Origin: Nitrospirota bacterium
Lineage (GTDB): Bacteria > Nitrospirota > UBA9217
Length of the DNA: 64,000 nt
Assembly (NCBI GenBank): GCA_963751455.1
Contig: CAVVUN010000012.1
Coordinates: 224,001-288,000, forward strand
Direction: 5' to 3'
Shown here: positions 1 through 10,080 of the stretch, piece after piece
Numbering within the stretch: the first letter of the stretch is position 1
How the letters are laid out: each line of letters starts with the position of its first letter
Notes under the pieces: generated by a model
Database searches by the model: none
Told to the model about the DNA's origin: nothing
The model's input: the letters and a program-made list of their open reading frames with translations, nothing else
Made by a program: the position numbers and the translations under genes

Positions 1-1643
1 CCTTTGCCTTTCACGATTGCAAGCGCTTTTTCCTTCGCTGCAGGAAGCTTCGGATGATGCGGCTGCCTTAAGGCAAGAGCAAAAAACAGCGAGGAGGAAA
101 CCCGGGCTTCGATTTCAGGACTGGGAAAAGAATAGGCAGTCTCAAGATCATCGAGAATGGAAATCCACGGGTCAAGTTGTCTTAAATCTCCAAGCTCATG
201 GATAAGCGATTCAACGATGCCTGACCAGGAAAGATAAATTCCTGCCGTCTCGTTTCTGTCCCTGAATGAAGTGAATGACCTTTCAAATAAATCCTTTCCC
301 TCGCTGAGATCGAAGGGCATCCGGCACACACCCATCCAGTATTGAAGCCATGGCTCCTGTTGAATGATGTCGGGAGGGAGATATTTCAACCACTGGTCAA
401 GCAGTTGGAGCCTGCCTTGCGATATGACAGGTTTAGCCTTCGAAAGGATCAGCCCGATGAGACTTTTCCAGTCTTCAGATAATCGGTAAAGCTCAACCGC
501 ATCTTCGATCTGACCTGATCTTTCGAGAAGCACGCCGGCCCGCCGCATGATAACAAGGAGTTCGTCATGCGGATAAACTTCCCGGGACCTGGACTGAAGG
601 TATTCCCGGAAGAGAGGGTGATACCGAAAATGGACCTCGGATATGCCGTGCTTTTCGGTAAAAAAGTTATTGCGGCTCAAGCGCGCAAGGATTTGTCCGG
701 CGCGCTCATTGCCGGTGAGTTCTTCGGCGTTGTGCACCGTCATGTTCGGCAGGAAAGAGCTTATGAGGAGAAATTCGCGGATTTCACCATTCAGGTTGTT
801 CAGGATTTCTCCGGCAAAATACGCAAAAATATTTTCATGCGAAAAGTCTCCCTTGGGCTGCACAATATTGGAGCCGGTTTTCGATCCGCTGGTCATCAGC
901 ACCAAACCCGCGGCCCAGCCCTGCGCCTTTTCGTATATCCCTTTAACCGCAGCCTGAGGGATTTTCTTGTTTTTTATTTGCAGCATGGCGCGCGCTTCAC
1001 GGTCAGTAAATCGAAGTTCGTCCCAATCAAGGGTTTCCATGCCGCTCTTTGCAGAGAGATCGGATAGTTGCACAGGAGGCGAGGTTCTGCTGAGGACCAT
1101 AACATTGAATTCGTCCGGAATATTCGACATCCCGTGCTTGATCATTTCGTGAAAGGGCGATGTTTCCGCTACATCCTGGTAGTTGTCGAAGACCAGGATA
1201 AAGCCGTCAGGGGTTCCCCGTGATGCGGACGAGGCAGCGAGCTTCAGCCTGCGTGCAGTTGAGAAGTGAGACGATGATAGGCCGAGAAACAATTCCTCGA
1301 AATATCTTCTCGTAAACGTCGGAATGCCGAGGCGGTATTCAGGCGTCAGGAGGGGCAGAGGTTTTTTGAATCGGGACGCGGCCTTCTTTGCCGCAAGGCC
1401 CATATAGTAGAAAAAAGTAGCGATGTCTGCATCGCCTTCGTCAAGACGATACCATAAGCAGGGAAGCTTCCGGGCATCAAGGTAGCTCGCAACGAGGGTT
1501 GTCTTCCCCGAGCCCCCGGGTCCTGAAATCCAGGTTACCGGCGCTTTTCGACTGAGGTCGAGCAGATGAAAAAGCCGGGAGCGCTCAAGGACATCCGATA
1601 TCCGGGGACGTGTTATCTTGGTAATGGCAGTTTTGTTCAGCAT
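1..1643 (-). CDS. MalT-like STAND NTPase/TPR transcriptional regulator, N-terminal part (runs off the left edge)
   Basis: Manual translation from ATG at 1643: MLNKTAITKITRPRIS..WISGPGGSGKTT (Walker A)..LVFDNYQ..GWAAGLVL..YHPLFREYL; open to the window edge; paralog of 40022..41713. Absent from the ORF track because there is no stop in the window. Confidence 0.9.
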   Translation of the reverse strand, partial: MLNKTAITKITRPRISDVLERSRLFHLLDLSRKAPVTWISGPGGSGKTTLVASYLDARKLPCLWYRLDEGDADIATFFYYMGLAAKKAASRFKKPLPLLTPEYRLGIPTFTRRYFEELFLGLSSSHFSTARRLKLAASSASRGTPDGFILVFDNYQDVAETSPFHEMIKHGMSNIPDEFNVMVLSRTSPPVQLSDLSAKSGMETLDWDELRFTDREARAMLQIKNKKIPQAAVKGIYEKAQGWAAGLVLMTSGSKTGSNIVQPKGDFSHENIFAYFAGEILNNLNGEIREFLLISSFLPNMTVHNAEELTGNERAGQILARLSRNNFFTEKHGISEVHFRYHPLFREYLQSRSREVYPHDELLVIMRRAGVLLERSGQIEDAVELYRLSEDWKSLIGLILSKAKPVISQGRLQLLDQWLKYLPPDIIQQEPWLQYWMGVCRMPFDLSEGKDLFERSFTSFRDRNETAGIYLSWSGIVESLIHELGDLRQLDPWISILDDLETAYSFPSPEIEARVSSSLFFALALRQPHHPKLPAAKEKALAIVKGK

Positions 1644-1861
1644 GCTATAGCGCATCGACCGGGATAGTTCTTTCCCCAGTGCATTATCAGCGTGAAGAAA
1701 GGCAAACGCAAAATCTTGGTGGGAATTCCAGAGAAAGGGGAAATATAAACGCTTCGACAAGCACCTTCATTATATCACTTAATCCGCGTCTTGCAAGAAA
1801 CATATTGCGGGGGGGCGGGATTGCGTGCGATTTGTATTTCGATACTTTAATTCGACGCCGG

Positions 1862-1988
1862 TCAAAGAAGATCAAACTGAGAGGTCTGTGCGAGAGGGAA
1901 AAAACCGAGTGAAGCGGGCGATCTTTTTCTCAAGGTCAGGATCCGCTCCCCTTTTTTGATAGGGTAAAAGGAATATTTGAGGAGATGA
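1862..1988 (+). pseudogene. Degraded 3' fragment of a DnaJ/CbpA-type C-terminal domain gene
   Basis: Aligns with 28495-28624 (..KIKLKGLGEEGKHGGEAGDLFLKV..); contains stops/indels. Confidence 0.65.
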
Positions 1989-2017
1989 GTCAAACATTAA
2001 AGACCCTATATAGGTTG

Positions 2018-2075
2018 TTACGGACAGGACTGGTCGGGGGTCGGCGTAACCTTCCCCCGATCCTGTCCGTCTCGA
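2018..2075 (-). terminator. Long GC-rich hairpin downstream of the DUF2959-like gene
   Basis: acggacagga..tcggggg / cccccgatcctgtccgt arms; second copy at 27371-27432. Confidence 0.6.
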
Positions 2076-2117
2076 AGTTGTTCTCACGCTGCATAGGTGA
2101 TTCGTCTCATTGATCTG

Positions 2118-2834
2118 CTAGTACCCAGGCGAAGAAACACCTCCCGTCGCCATTCCTCTCTCGCCTATTTGAGCACGCGTCTGCTCGGCCGCAGCCAGCA
2201 TCGGTTTCGAGTCTATTATTATCTGCTGGCCGTCAGCAATGGTTTTTTGGGCAACAGGAGTGATCGCATCGATTCCTGAAGCTGACAGGTCGCTCGATAG
2301 ATAGGTTTCTATCTCCTTTGTCCGAGACAGATAAGTGTTAACTCGCTCTATTACTCCCGTGCTGGGTCCCGCTATTTTATCGAATGTGTCCATGAGGCGG
2401 GATTGTCTCTCCTCACTGAGCTTCTGCAGTTGGGGATCGGAGTAGAACTTAGTCCACTCTCTGAAGTAGTCAGTACCTCTTGCCGTCATCTGGTCACTGT
2501 CCCTGAGGAACACTGCCGCGGCTTTATCCATTTTCAAAACATTTCTCGAATATTCATCGAAAGCTCTTTTTCCCTCAAGTGTCCCTTTCAACTGGATTAC
2601 CTGGTTCAGGGACGCGTTGGTCGTGTTAATCTGGGACGTCACGGCCCTGATGTCTCTTTCGACCGTCGCAATCGATGCTATGGTTTTATCCGCAGTCGTC
2701 TGGCCGAGTGATGTACCAGCCTGCGCTGGTGGTGCACTAGCCTGGACCGGCGCTGCCTTCTTCTCCGCACAGCCTCCGAAAAGCAAAACAGAACTGAGGA
2801 GAAGCACTATCGTTATTTCTCTTCGGACTATCAT
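2118..2834 (-). CDS. Coiled-coil lipoprotein, DUF2959-like
   Basis: RBS AAGGAG before ATG 2834, lipobox LFGGC, helical body ending YLSSDLSASGIDAI; family call from recall. Confidence 0.7.
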   Translation of the reverse strand: MIVRREITIVLLLSSVLLFGGCAEKKAAPVQASAPPAQAGTSLGQTTADKTIASIATVERDIRAVTSQINTTNASLNQVIQLKGTLEGKRAFDEYSRNVLKMDKAAAVFLRDSDQMTARGTDYFREWTKFYSDPQLQKLSEERQSRLMDTFDKIAGPSTGVIERVNTYLSRTKEIETYLSSDLSASGIDAITPVAQKTIADGQQIIIDSKPMLAAAEQTRAQIGERGMATGGVSSPGY

Positions 2835-3019
2835 GATTGATCTCCTTTGTAACATACTTACCGTTCAGCAATTTACATCCATGCCATTTGAAAACGTATC
2901 CTACCTATATTATGACACAGCCTCTAAGTATGATTATCGCTGCTTTCTTCGTTCATCGTCCTTCAGCCGGGGACAAATTAGTTTCTAAGGAATCAAATTC
3001 TTCTCAAAACGGAAAGAAA

Positions 3020-3184
3020 TTTTTCTCGCAAAGCCGCAAAGGACGCGAAGGAAAAGTTAAATCAAAAGCTTCAGTTCTTGGGTTTTAAAACCAGAATCAA
3101 GCCGTGCCCTTCTTTGCGAACTTTGCGGCTTTGCGAGAGATGCCTTTTGCTTCCGATTTTTGATTCCGGCTTGTCCGGGTTAGG
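3020..3184. repeat. MITE-like element with inverted 9-mer arrays
   Basis: ctcgcaaagccgcaaaggacgcgaag ... ctttgcgaactttgcggctttgcgag; right end ccggcttgtccgggttagg. Confidence 0.55.
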
Positions 3185-3347
3185 GGTTTCTATTATGCTT
3201 TCCTTTGTCGACCCATTTTGAAAGACTCAAAACCCGATTGGTCTTGCGGCTTGATTTTTCTCATGGAACAGCTTTCGGTTGCAGTGATATTCTTTAAGTA
3301 TGAGAAGCTCTTTCGGAGCCGCTGCAGCACCAGAAAGGAGATCTCCA

Positions 3348-3515
3348 ATGTTCACGGAGATTACGAATGGTACATCAAGCATCTGACAGTGCATTCGGGC
3401 CTGAAGTTTTGAGTTCCAGTTCGTGGACAGTATAGCATCCTGGTGCCGGCAGCACGGAATCGACGAGCCGGATGAGCACAAACCGCTCAAGATCGTGACC
3501 GGGAACGGGGCTTGA
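3348..3515 (+). pseudogene. Frameshifted N-terminal fragment of a hypothetical protein
   Basis: RBS AAGGAG + ATG; frames join as DYEWYIKHLTVHSGLKF / EFQFVDSIASWCRQHGIDEPDEHKPLKIVTGNG; ends just before the motif at 3530-3551. Confidence 0.45.
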
Positions 3516-3556
3516 TGTTTGACATCTATGTCAAGCTAAAGAATTGACCTTTAATG

Positions 3557-4114
3557 CTACTGCGGCTCATAGACCAGTAAAACATTACCTCCCTTGAAGG
3601 ACCTGGTCCTCACAAGATTCAATTTGATTTTTTCGCTGAACAGCGTCTTGCCAGTCCCCAAGGCAATGGGGTTTACCATGAACTGGTACTCGTCGATCAA
3701 TCCTGCGACGGCGAGCTGCCTCACTATGGTTCCACTTCCATAAATAACGACGTCGCGGCCTGTTTCCTGCTTTAATTTGCCGACTTCGCCTTCGAGGTTG
3801 GCATGAATGAGCCGGGAGTTATTCCAAGTGACCTTGCTGAGCGACGTCGAAAAAACAATCTTTTTCATTTGATTTATTCTGCCTGCAATTATTCTGTCTT
3901 CTTTTGAAGTAGCGGGGTCCAGCGCCGCCTTCGGCCAATAGCCCTCAAACAACTCGTATGTTATGCGGCCGAACAATATCGTATCGAACTGCTCAATCAT
4001 CTCAGTTGCCGCCTCATCAAATTCCTCATCAACGTTGTGCCAGTCTATTTCTCCTTTTGGCCCGGCAAAAAAGCCGTCAAGTGAAACCAGGTTGAACATT
4101 ACGACTTTTCTCAT
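3557..4114 (-). CDS. Dihydrofolate reductase/RibD C-terminal family protein
   Basis: MRKVVMFNLVSLDGF, LFGRITYE, YGSGTIV, LIDEY..P..LGTGKTLF motifs. Confidence 0.9.
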   Translation of the reverse strand: MRKVVMFNLVSLDGFFAGPKGEIDWHNVDEEFDEAATEMIEQFDTILFGRITYELFEGYWPKAALDPATSKEDRIIAGRINQMKKIVFSTSLSKVTWNNSRLIHANLEGEVGKLKQETGRDVVIYGSGTIVRQLAVAGLIDEYQFMVNPIALGTGKTLFSEKIKLNLVRTRSFKGGNVLLVYEPQ

Positions 4115-4411
4115 TTATTCCCCCCTTAATCTCAAGTAATGGTGCCTTTATACATAGTATAGGACATTGAGGATAGTTAGAAGGGAGAACTTTGGGGACG
4201 TTGTGGCCCGAGTGTCAAAAAAAATCAGTATCAAATCAAGGGCCAAATTCGGGGACGTTGTTTCTATTTATGCTTTCCTTTGTCGACCCATTCTGAAAAG
4301 ACTCAGAACCGAGCAGATCGAGCCTGTCGTTTCGAATCAAACCAGAACGAAATACCTGCAGGTATAATTTAATTATCAGGAATCTGAAAACCCTGATAAG
4401 GAGGTAATCAC

Positions 4412-4678
4412 ATGAGAAAACTGGTGGTAGGTACATTCCTGACACTTGACGAAGTGATGCAGGCGCCTGGAGGTCCTGAGGAAGACCGTAGCGGCGGGTT
4501 CGAACATGGCGGCTGGATAGTCCCGTATTCTGACGAGATGATGATGCAAGTCATGATCGAATGGATCCGGAGGGCGGACGCACTCCTGCTCGGGCGGAAA
4601 ACGTATGAGATATTTGCCGCCTATTGGCCACATGTTACCGAAGCCGATCCGATCGCTGCGAAATTCAACGCCGCGCGC
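4412..4678 (+). pseudogene. Truncated dihydrofolate reductase-family gene
   Basis: MRKLVVGTFLTLD..QAPGGPEEDRSGGFEHGGW..LLLGRKTYEIFAAYWP; homology stops at ..KFNAA, exactly at the repeat site 4679-4708. Confidence 0.85.
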
Positions 4679-4712
4679 AACTTCCGGGACGTAGTGACCG
4701 AAATGGACTATT

Positions 4713-5027
4713 CTATGCCGCTTTTTTCCCCTGTAGCGGTTTAATCCCATCTATTGTCTTTTTTGATTTCACCATCGCCCAGTAAAGATCGTAGTCGGCT
4801 TGGAGGCCGAGCCAGACATCCGGCGTTGTTCCCAAATAACGGGACAGGCGAAGCGCCATGTCCGGGCTGACGCTCCGCTTCTCGTTCAGAATCTCGTTGA
4901 TCGTCCGAAACGAGGTTTTAAGCGCCTTTGCGAGGTCTGTCTGTGTGATTCCGAGAGGCGATATAAAATCTTCTTTCAATATTAATCCGGGATGTGTGGG
5001 CGGTCTTTTCAACTGAAACTTGGCCAT
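4713..5027 (-). CDS. higA: HigA family antitoxin (Xre HTH)
   Basis: PPTHPGLILKEDF..TQTDLAKAL..INEILNEKRSVSPDMALRL..WLGLQADYDL. Confidence 0.92.
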   Translation of the reverse strand: MAKFQLKRPPTHPGLILKEDFISPLGITQTDLAKALKTSFRTINEILNEKRSVSPDMALRLSRYLGTTPDVWLGLQADYDLYWAMVKSKKTIDGIKPLQGKKAA

Positions 5028-5119
5028 AAAATCTCCTTAATCAATCCAAGAACGAAATACAAAGTTTTTTGAGTCTTTTTTTATCCGTGCCTATCCGTGT
5101 TCATCCGTGGTTAAAACAG

Positions 5120-5180
5120 TTAATGATAATCCGTCACTTCGACTTCAGATGCTTCGCCGCTGCTGAACCTGAAAACGATA
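5120..5180 (-). pseudogene. higB: C-terminal remnant of a HigB toxin
   Basis: IVFRFSSGEASEVEVTDYH* immediately upstream of higA; the typical HigB ..DYH end. Confidence 0.75.
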
Positions 5181-5341
5181 TGGAGAACATTATAACACAT
5201 AGGGTTATAAGGCAAGAACTATTTACAAGGATGTCAAGCTAAAGTACGATGCAATCTCCCGTCCTTATTGAAGACCAGGCCCGTCCTGTTTTTTATAAAG
5301 GGTGTATAATCGAAAAATAAAGGACGAAAGGGGTGGTTTAT

Positions 5342-5719
5342 ATGAAATCAGAAACCAGGACACCAGAACTGAAGCATTTCGAAAAGCCTGATGAGGTGAG
5401 AGAGTTCCCGAAAGGGAAGGTAGAGGTGGTAAAAATCGCCGAAAAATCGATCGGCCGGCTGAGCTTGGAGCCGGGATGGAAGTGGTCTACGGCAGTCCAG
5501 CCCATTGTAAAAACGAAGAGCTGCCAGTTCTCGCATTTTATTTATCAGATCTCGGGGACCCTGATGGTGCAGATGGATGACGGCGCCAGGATTGAGATAA
5601 AGCCGGGCGACGTGACCCTGGTGCCGGGCGGGCATGACGCCTGGGTTGTAGGGGATGAGCCGGTTCTTTCCGTGGATTTCCAGGGGATGGCCGAATATGC
5701 GCTGAAAAAAGCGGCGTAA
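5342..5719 (+). CDS. Cupin domain protein
   Basis: FEKPDEVREFPKGK, LEPGWKWS, PGGHDAWVVGDEP. Confidence 0.88.
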   Translation: MKSETRTPELKHFEKPDEVREFPKGKVEVVKIAEKSIGRLSLEPGWKWSTAVQPIVKTKSCQFSHFIYQISGTLMVQMDDGARIEIKPGDVTLVPGGHDAWVVGDEPVLSVDFQGMAEYALKKAA

Positions 5720-6149
5720 AGGAGCTCGTTCAGCGGAATAACCCGAAATCAAGGAAGCTTACGGGTCACCTCAATGGAATATGGTGATTCAGGTGAACTT
5801 CGGGAAATTGATAAAGAATACCTTAGCAGGAGCAGGGGGGCGCTTCTTTACTTTTGAGGTATGTCAGCTAAAGAAGCGACCTCCCCATGCTATACCAGCC
5901 ATCAGGCGAAGCGTGCCGGTTGCCTTCTAAGATTCAGAATCCGATTGTCTGCGGACTCCTCGGAACAGGGGTTCATGCTGCGCTGCCTATGATACACGAT
6001 GCAAGATGCATGATACAGGATGCATGATGGAAGCGGCGAAGCTCGAGATACCATTGTACGATATCGAAGTCGGACCACGCTAAGATATTTAGCTTGGTCC
6101 GATCCCTAATACTTTAAGTCAGTCCGTTCGTAATAATGCGGACGATAAG

Positions 6150-6287
6150 CAAGTTAAATCAAAGCAGGCGCCGACAGGGCCATCGTCTGAAGCGAGACTT
6201 CAGGAACTCAAGAATCTAAAGGCAAAAGGCCTGATAACCGGGAAGGAATACGAAGCAAAAAGAAACGAGATTTTAAAAAAATTATGA
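6150..6287 (+). pseudogene. C-terminal SHOCT domain fragment
   Basis: EARLQELKNLKAKGLITGKEYEAKRNEILKKL*; no start codon; follows the inverted motif at 6068-6108. Confidence 0.75.
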
Positions 6288-6333
6288 TACGACTGATTGA
6301 ATCGGATGTCGATTTCTAGTTGTTGCCCGTTCC

Positions 6334-6362
6334 TTGACTTTAGGAGTTGCATAATATAGAAT
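6334..6362 (+). promoter_or_regulatory. Sigma70-type promoter
   Basis: TTGACT-N17-TAGAAT upstream of the large lipoprotein gene. Confidence 0.6.
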
Positions 6363-6547
6363 CTTAGTCACCTGCTAGATAGCCCGTCTTTAGCCACGAT
6401 AGCTACTCATAGACACTCGCTTAATTTAACAAAAAGCAAGCATAGAAACGCGATCGGATCGAATAACAGAGGGGAAGCATTTTGAGGACCAACTCCCCCA
6501 AAGCTCTTTTCGGGATTCATACTTTGACATACCAGGAGGATTCTTAC

Positions 6548-9364
6548 GTGAACAGAGTGATCGTGATGTTAGTGTCGGTTCTTCTTGTAACTATGACTGC
6601 GTGCAGCGGAAAGAATGGAGGAGGGGGAACAACAAGTCAAGTAGGAGTAGGATTCCCGGTCGGCGGGACAGTAAGCGGGCTTTCGGGCGCGGGCCTGGTC
6701 CTCCAGAACAACGGCGGCGACGACCTCGCCGTTTCGGCCAACGGCAGCTTCACTTTCGGCACCGCGATGGCAGACGGCAGCAGCTATGCTGTCACCGTCG
6801 CCACCCAACCGACAGGCCAGACCTGCACGGTTAATAACGGAACCGGCACCATATCAGGCGCATCTGTCACTAACGTCTCGGTAGTATGCGCCGTGACATC
6901 CTATTCCGTGGGCGGTACGGTGAGCGGACTTACGGGCAGCGGTTTGGTCCTCCGGAACAACGGAGCTGACGATCTCAGCATAAGCAGCAGCGGTTCTTTC
7001 ACGTTCACAACCAATGTGGCGGACAATGCAGGATATACGGTGACGGTCAAGACACAACCTGGCGGGCAGACCTGCGTGGTAAGTAACGGCACAGGGACAA
7101 TATCCGGAGCGAACATCACGAATGTTTCGTTATCGTGCACGGACAATCCGTATACGGTAGGCGGCGCAGTGAGCGGTCTCACGGGCAGCGGCCTGGTCCT
7201 TCAGAACAACGGGAGAGACGACCTCAGCGTGACTGCGGGCAATTTCACCTTTACTTGGCGGCTGGCTGACGGCGATTCATATGCTGTTACGGTCAAGACC
7301 CAGCCCACGGGACAGTTGTGTGCAGTCTCGAACGGAATCAGCACAATCCAGGGCGCACATGTAACGGATGTGGCCGTTCAGTGCGGCGTTAATTTAGGTT
7401 CCGTTTCGCCGTTTTATCCCACGAACGGCGCAGACTGGAACGACTATGTGAAAAACAATGGAGGGACCGTTTACAGCGCTGACGATACGGCTTGTGCTGG
7501 AACAGAGACAGGAGGCTACAGCGCGTGTCTTCACGGCGGGGAGATGCGGGTGGCAACAGTTACGGGCAAGTCCTCCTGCACGGCGCTTACGGCCTCTGAT
7601 GCCCTCGGAGCATTCGACTGGACTTGTGATGCTTCGACCGGCGCTGCCAGGTTCATCTCAACCGGGCTTAAGAATGAAAAAAACCTTTCTGACCTTATTG
7701 ATTTCACTGCTCCCGGCTGGGGGGCGAACTCCGTCATCGTATATGACGGAGGGACCGTTTACGGTACAACAATGTCATCCGTATGGTGGCAGAATCCCGT
7801 GACCATTGACAACGACGGAGGCCCGCTCGATGCTGCCGGGACCATTTATGTCGTGACAAACGATGCCCTCGCTCAAGGTTACACGATAAACGCCTCATCC
7901 GTGGGCCTCATGGGAAAGCCCGGGGTGATTATCAACGGTCCCGGGGGAGGCTCCTATTCACGCGTCATAAAGGCGGATGGTTCGGCGGACGGCGCAAAGG
8001 ACTTTCTCTGGATAGAAGGCAGCGTGGATGGAGCTGGCGATGCCACAGGTATTTATCTCAATACCGTAAGATTTTCGGTCCTCAGAAACGTCGAGGCCAA
8101 CAAAGCAGGTAATGGGGTTTATCTTCTCTTTTCCGACAACAATAAGCTTTCCCGCATCGCTGCTTCAAACAACACCGACACCGGAGTCTGGCTTGACGCT
8201 TCGCGGAGCAACAGTCTATCGGATATTACGACCTCAAACAGCACTGATGGCATTCAGCTTCGCAGCACTCCGCCTGCCGGCAATCCGTATGCCATGCCTA
8301 CCGTCCATCCGCATGGCAACAAGCTATCGGGTATAACCGCTATCGGCAACATAAGGGGGCTCTATCTCCGCGTAAGCAACAACAACATCCTGACGGACAT
8401 TACGGCATCAGACAACAGGTACGGAATTTCTTTTGAAGACGCGGATCGCAACTGTCTGATCGGAATAACGGCTTCGAATAATACAGTCTACGGGCTTCAT
8501 GCCGTATACGGCTCATACAATACCCTGTCCCAGCTTGCAACCTTGAACAGCGGCACCGGGGTTTATTTTGACGAGTCTTGGTACAATACGTTTTCCGATG
8601 TAGCGGTCTCCGATAATGAGCACGTCGGGATCAAGCTCGACACTTCCGGTGGAAACAAATTCACCGGTTTCCTGAGGGTTGGAAATAATGGAGCCGGTAA
8701 CTGTTCCGTAACCGGAGCCACAAACCCGTCCGCGGGGCTTTTCAGCGGGTGCGGCAACAATGGTTCTTCCGACGCAGTTCTTTTGACCGGCGTAACTCTT
8801 GGTTCTTCCTTCAAAGGTAAAGAGACCTCGGACGACGCTGTTAATGCAAACGATACAAACGGTTCTGCTTCTTTCAGCAGTATTACCGACTGGACGGGGT
8901 TTGAGAACAGGTACAGAGGCTGGGGCAACGACGGGAGCGCATTCCCGAACGCCGACAACCGGGGACCGTGTGAAACAGGCACATGCCGCATATGGGATTG
9001 GAGCCTCACGAGTTCAGACACGGTGATACAGGATGTGCTGAGCTTCCCCACAGGCTCGGCTTATTTGACCCACGTGTGGTACGTAAGCCCTGCGCCCAGC
9101 CAGCAATCGGACTGTGACAACGCTGTACCGGGCTCCGCCTTTGTCACGGACCACTGCGAGAGCGCCTTCCTCCGCCGCGCGGTGGAGATCGAGGGCGACG
9201 GAATAGGAAACGATAATACACTTTGCGAATCGAACGAGACGTGCCTCTCTACCCTGAACATAGGCGCCTATCAGGGCCATGGAAACCTCGTAGATGCAGG
9301 CGCAATCACCGACGGCGCGATAACCGGCGTAACGCTCAAGAGATACCAGACAAACGGCTACTAA
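6548..9364 (+). CDS. Large lipoprotein: three Ig-like repeats plus a parallel beta-helix (NosD-like) domain and Cys-rich C-terminus
   Basis: RBS AGGAGG before GTG 6548; lipobox MTAC; 3x VGGxVSGLxGxGLVLxNNGxDDL; repeated N-x-L-x-x-I-T-A-S-N-N beta-helix pattern. Confidence 0.8.
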   Translation: MNRVIVMLVSVLLVTMTACSGKNGGGGTTSQVGVGFPVGGTVSGLSGAGLVLQNNGGDDLAVSANGSFTFGTAMADGSSYAVTVATQPTGQTCTVNNGTGTISGASVTNVSVVCAVTSYSVGGTVSGLTGSGLVLRNNGADDLSISSSGSFTFTTNVADNAGYTVTVKTQPGGQTCVVSNGTGTISGANITNVSLSCTDNPYTVGGAVSGLTGSGLVLQNNGRDDLSVTAGNFTFTWRLADGDSYAVTVKTQPTGQLCAVSNGISTIQGAHVTDVAVQCGVNLGSVSPFYPTNGADWNDYVKNNGGTVYSADDTACAGTETGGYSACLHGGEMRVATVTGKSSCTALTASDALGAFDWTCDASTGAARFISTGLKNEKNLSDLIDFTAPGWGANSVIVYDGGTVYGTTMSSVWWQNPVTIDNDGGPLDAAGTIYVVTNDALAQGYTINASSVGLMGKPGVIINGPGGGSYSRVIKADGSADGAKDFLWIEGSVDGAGDATGIYLNTVRFSVLRNVEANKAGNGVYLLFSDNNKLSRIAASNNTDTGVWLDASRSNSLSDITTSNSTDGIQLRSTPPAGNPYAMPTVHPHGNKLSGITAIGNIRGLYLRVSNNNILTDITASDNRYGISFEDADRNCLIGITASNNTVYGLHAVYGSYNTLSQLATLNSGTGVYFDESWYNTFSDVAVSDNEHVGIKLDTSGGNKFTGFLRVGNNGAGNCSVTGATNPSAGLFSGCGNNGSSDAVLLTGVTLGSSFKGKETSDDAVNANDTNGSASFSSITDWTGFENRYRGWGNDGSAFPNADNRGPCETGTCRIWDWSLTSSDTVIQDVLSFPTGSAYLTHVWYVSPAPSQQSDCDNAVPGSAFVTDHCESAFLRRAVEIEGDGIGNDNTLCESNETCLSTLNIGAYQGHGNLVDAGAITDGAITGVTLKRYQTNGY

Positions 9365-9370
9365 AATTAA

Positions 9371-9404
9371 GCATCGGGGGAGCGCTGCTGCGCCCCCCCG
9401 ATGC
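9371..9404 (+). terminator. GC hairpin after the lipoprotein gene
   Basis: gcatcggggg..cccccgatgc stem. Confidence 0.6.
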
Positions 9405-9454
9405 CAGCTTAAGTTTCAAGTTGCAGGTTTCAAGTTTTTAAGAGATCGGACTTG

Positions 9455-9477
9455 GTAGCCGCAGGCTTCAGCCTGCG
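9455..9477. repeat. GTAG-type REP palindrome
   Basis: GTAG + cgcaggct tc agcctgcg. Confidence 0.65.
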
Positions 9478-9602
9478 TACTTTTGAAGGGTTCCGGAAAT
9501 GCAAGGTACGATATCGGGGTCGGACCACGCTAAACTACTGGTTTTCAAAAATTTATCATTCCAATAATAGGCATTTTCGGAGCCCATAGGGTCAGGTCTA
9601 CT

Positions 9603-9730
9603 GGGGTTGTTGCCTAAATCAAATTTGTGCTTCGACAGGCTCAGCACTAACGGAATAGTTTATGATTTCAAATGCAATGCCGTTCGCCCTGAGCTTGTCG
9701 AAGGGTGAACGGGGTTTAGGCAACGGCCCG
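9603..9730. repeat. REPIN/MITE-like inverted doublet
   Basis: Outer arms gttgcctaaa/tttaggcaac; inner arms cttcgacaggctcag/ctgagcttgtcgaag. Confidence 0.75.
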
Positions 9731-9745
9731 TACTTTGATGTCATT

Positions 9746-10080
9746 CTACTTCTTCGCGTTCACAATCCTGCTGATCGAAGTAAAATACATGCCTAGATGA
9801 TCAGCAACCTCACGCTGACGGTAGCCGTGCTTCTCAACCAATTGTTTGATTGCTTTATTGCGTTTCGTCATGTTCCCGAGTGTTTTCTTACTGAATAGCT
9901 TCTCGAGGGAAGGCCTGTCTACATACCGCTGACTCCGGGAAATCTCAGGGATATCTTTGTTTTTCTTGAGATGATACACGAATTGATCGACAAAGCCCTC
10001 CTCCCCCAGGAGTGATTGACCTCTCACCTCTGTCCAGATCGTTGGCTTCCCTATTCCCCAGCTTACGAACTGGCGGTATT
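9746..10080 (-). pseudogene. C-terminal half of a RAYT-type Y1 transposase (HTH tail)
   Basis: YRQFV..GIGKPTIWTEVRGQSLLGEEGFV..IPEISRSQRY..RPSLEKLF..HGYRQREVADHLGMYFTSISRIV; fused upstream to unrelated sequence. Confidence 0.75.

Noticed and set aside
567-1152. Plus-strand ORFs in the track
   Set aside because: Antisense shadows of the MalT-like gene. The same applies to the many ORFs opposite the NHL, RCC1 and Big_5 repeat genes.
3348-3515. Selenocysteine read-through of TGA codons
   Set aside because: Better explained by frameshifts; no Cys-equivalent redox context or SECIS-like stem was seen.
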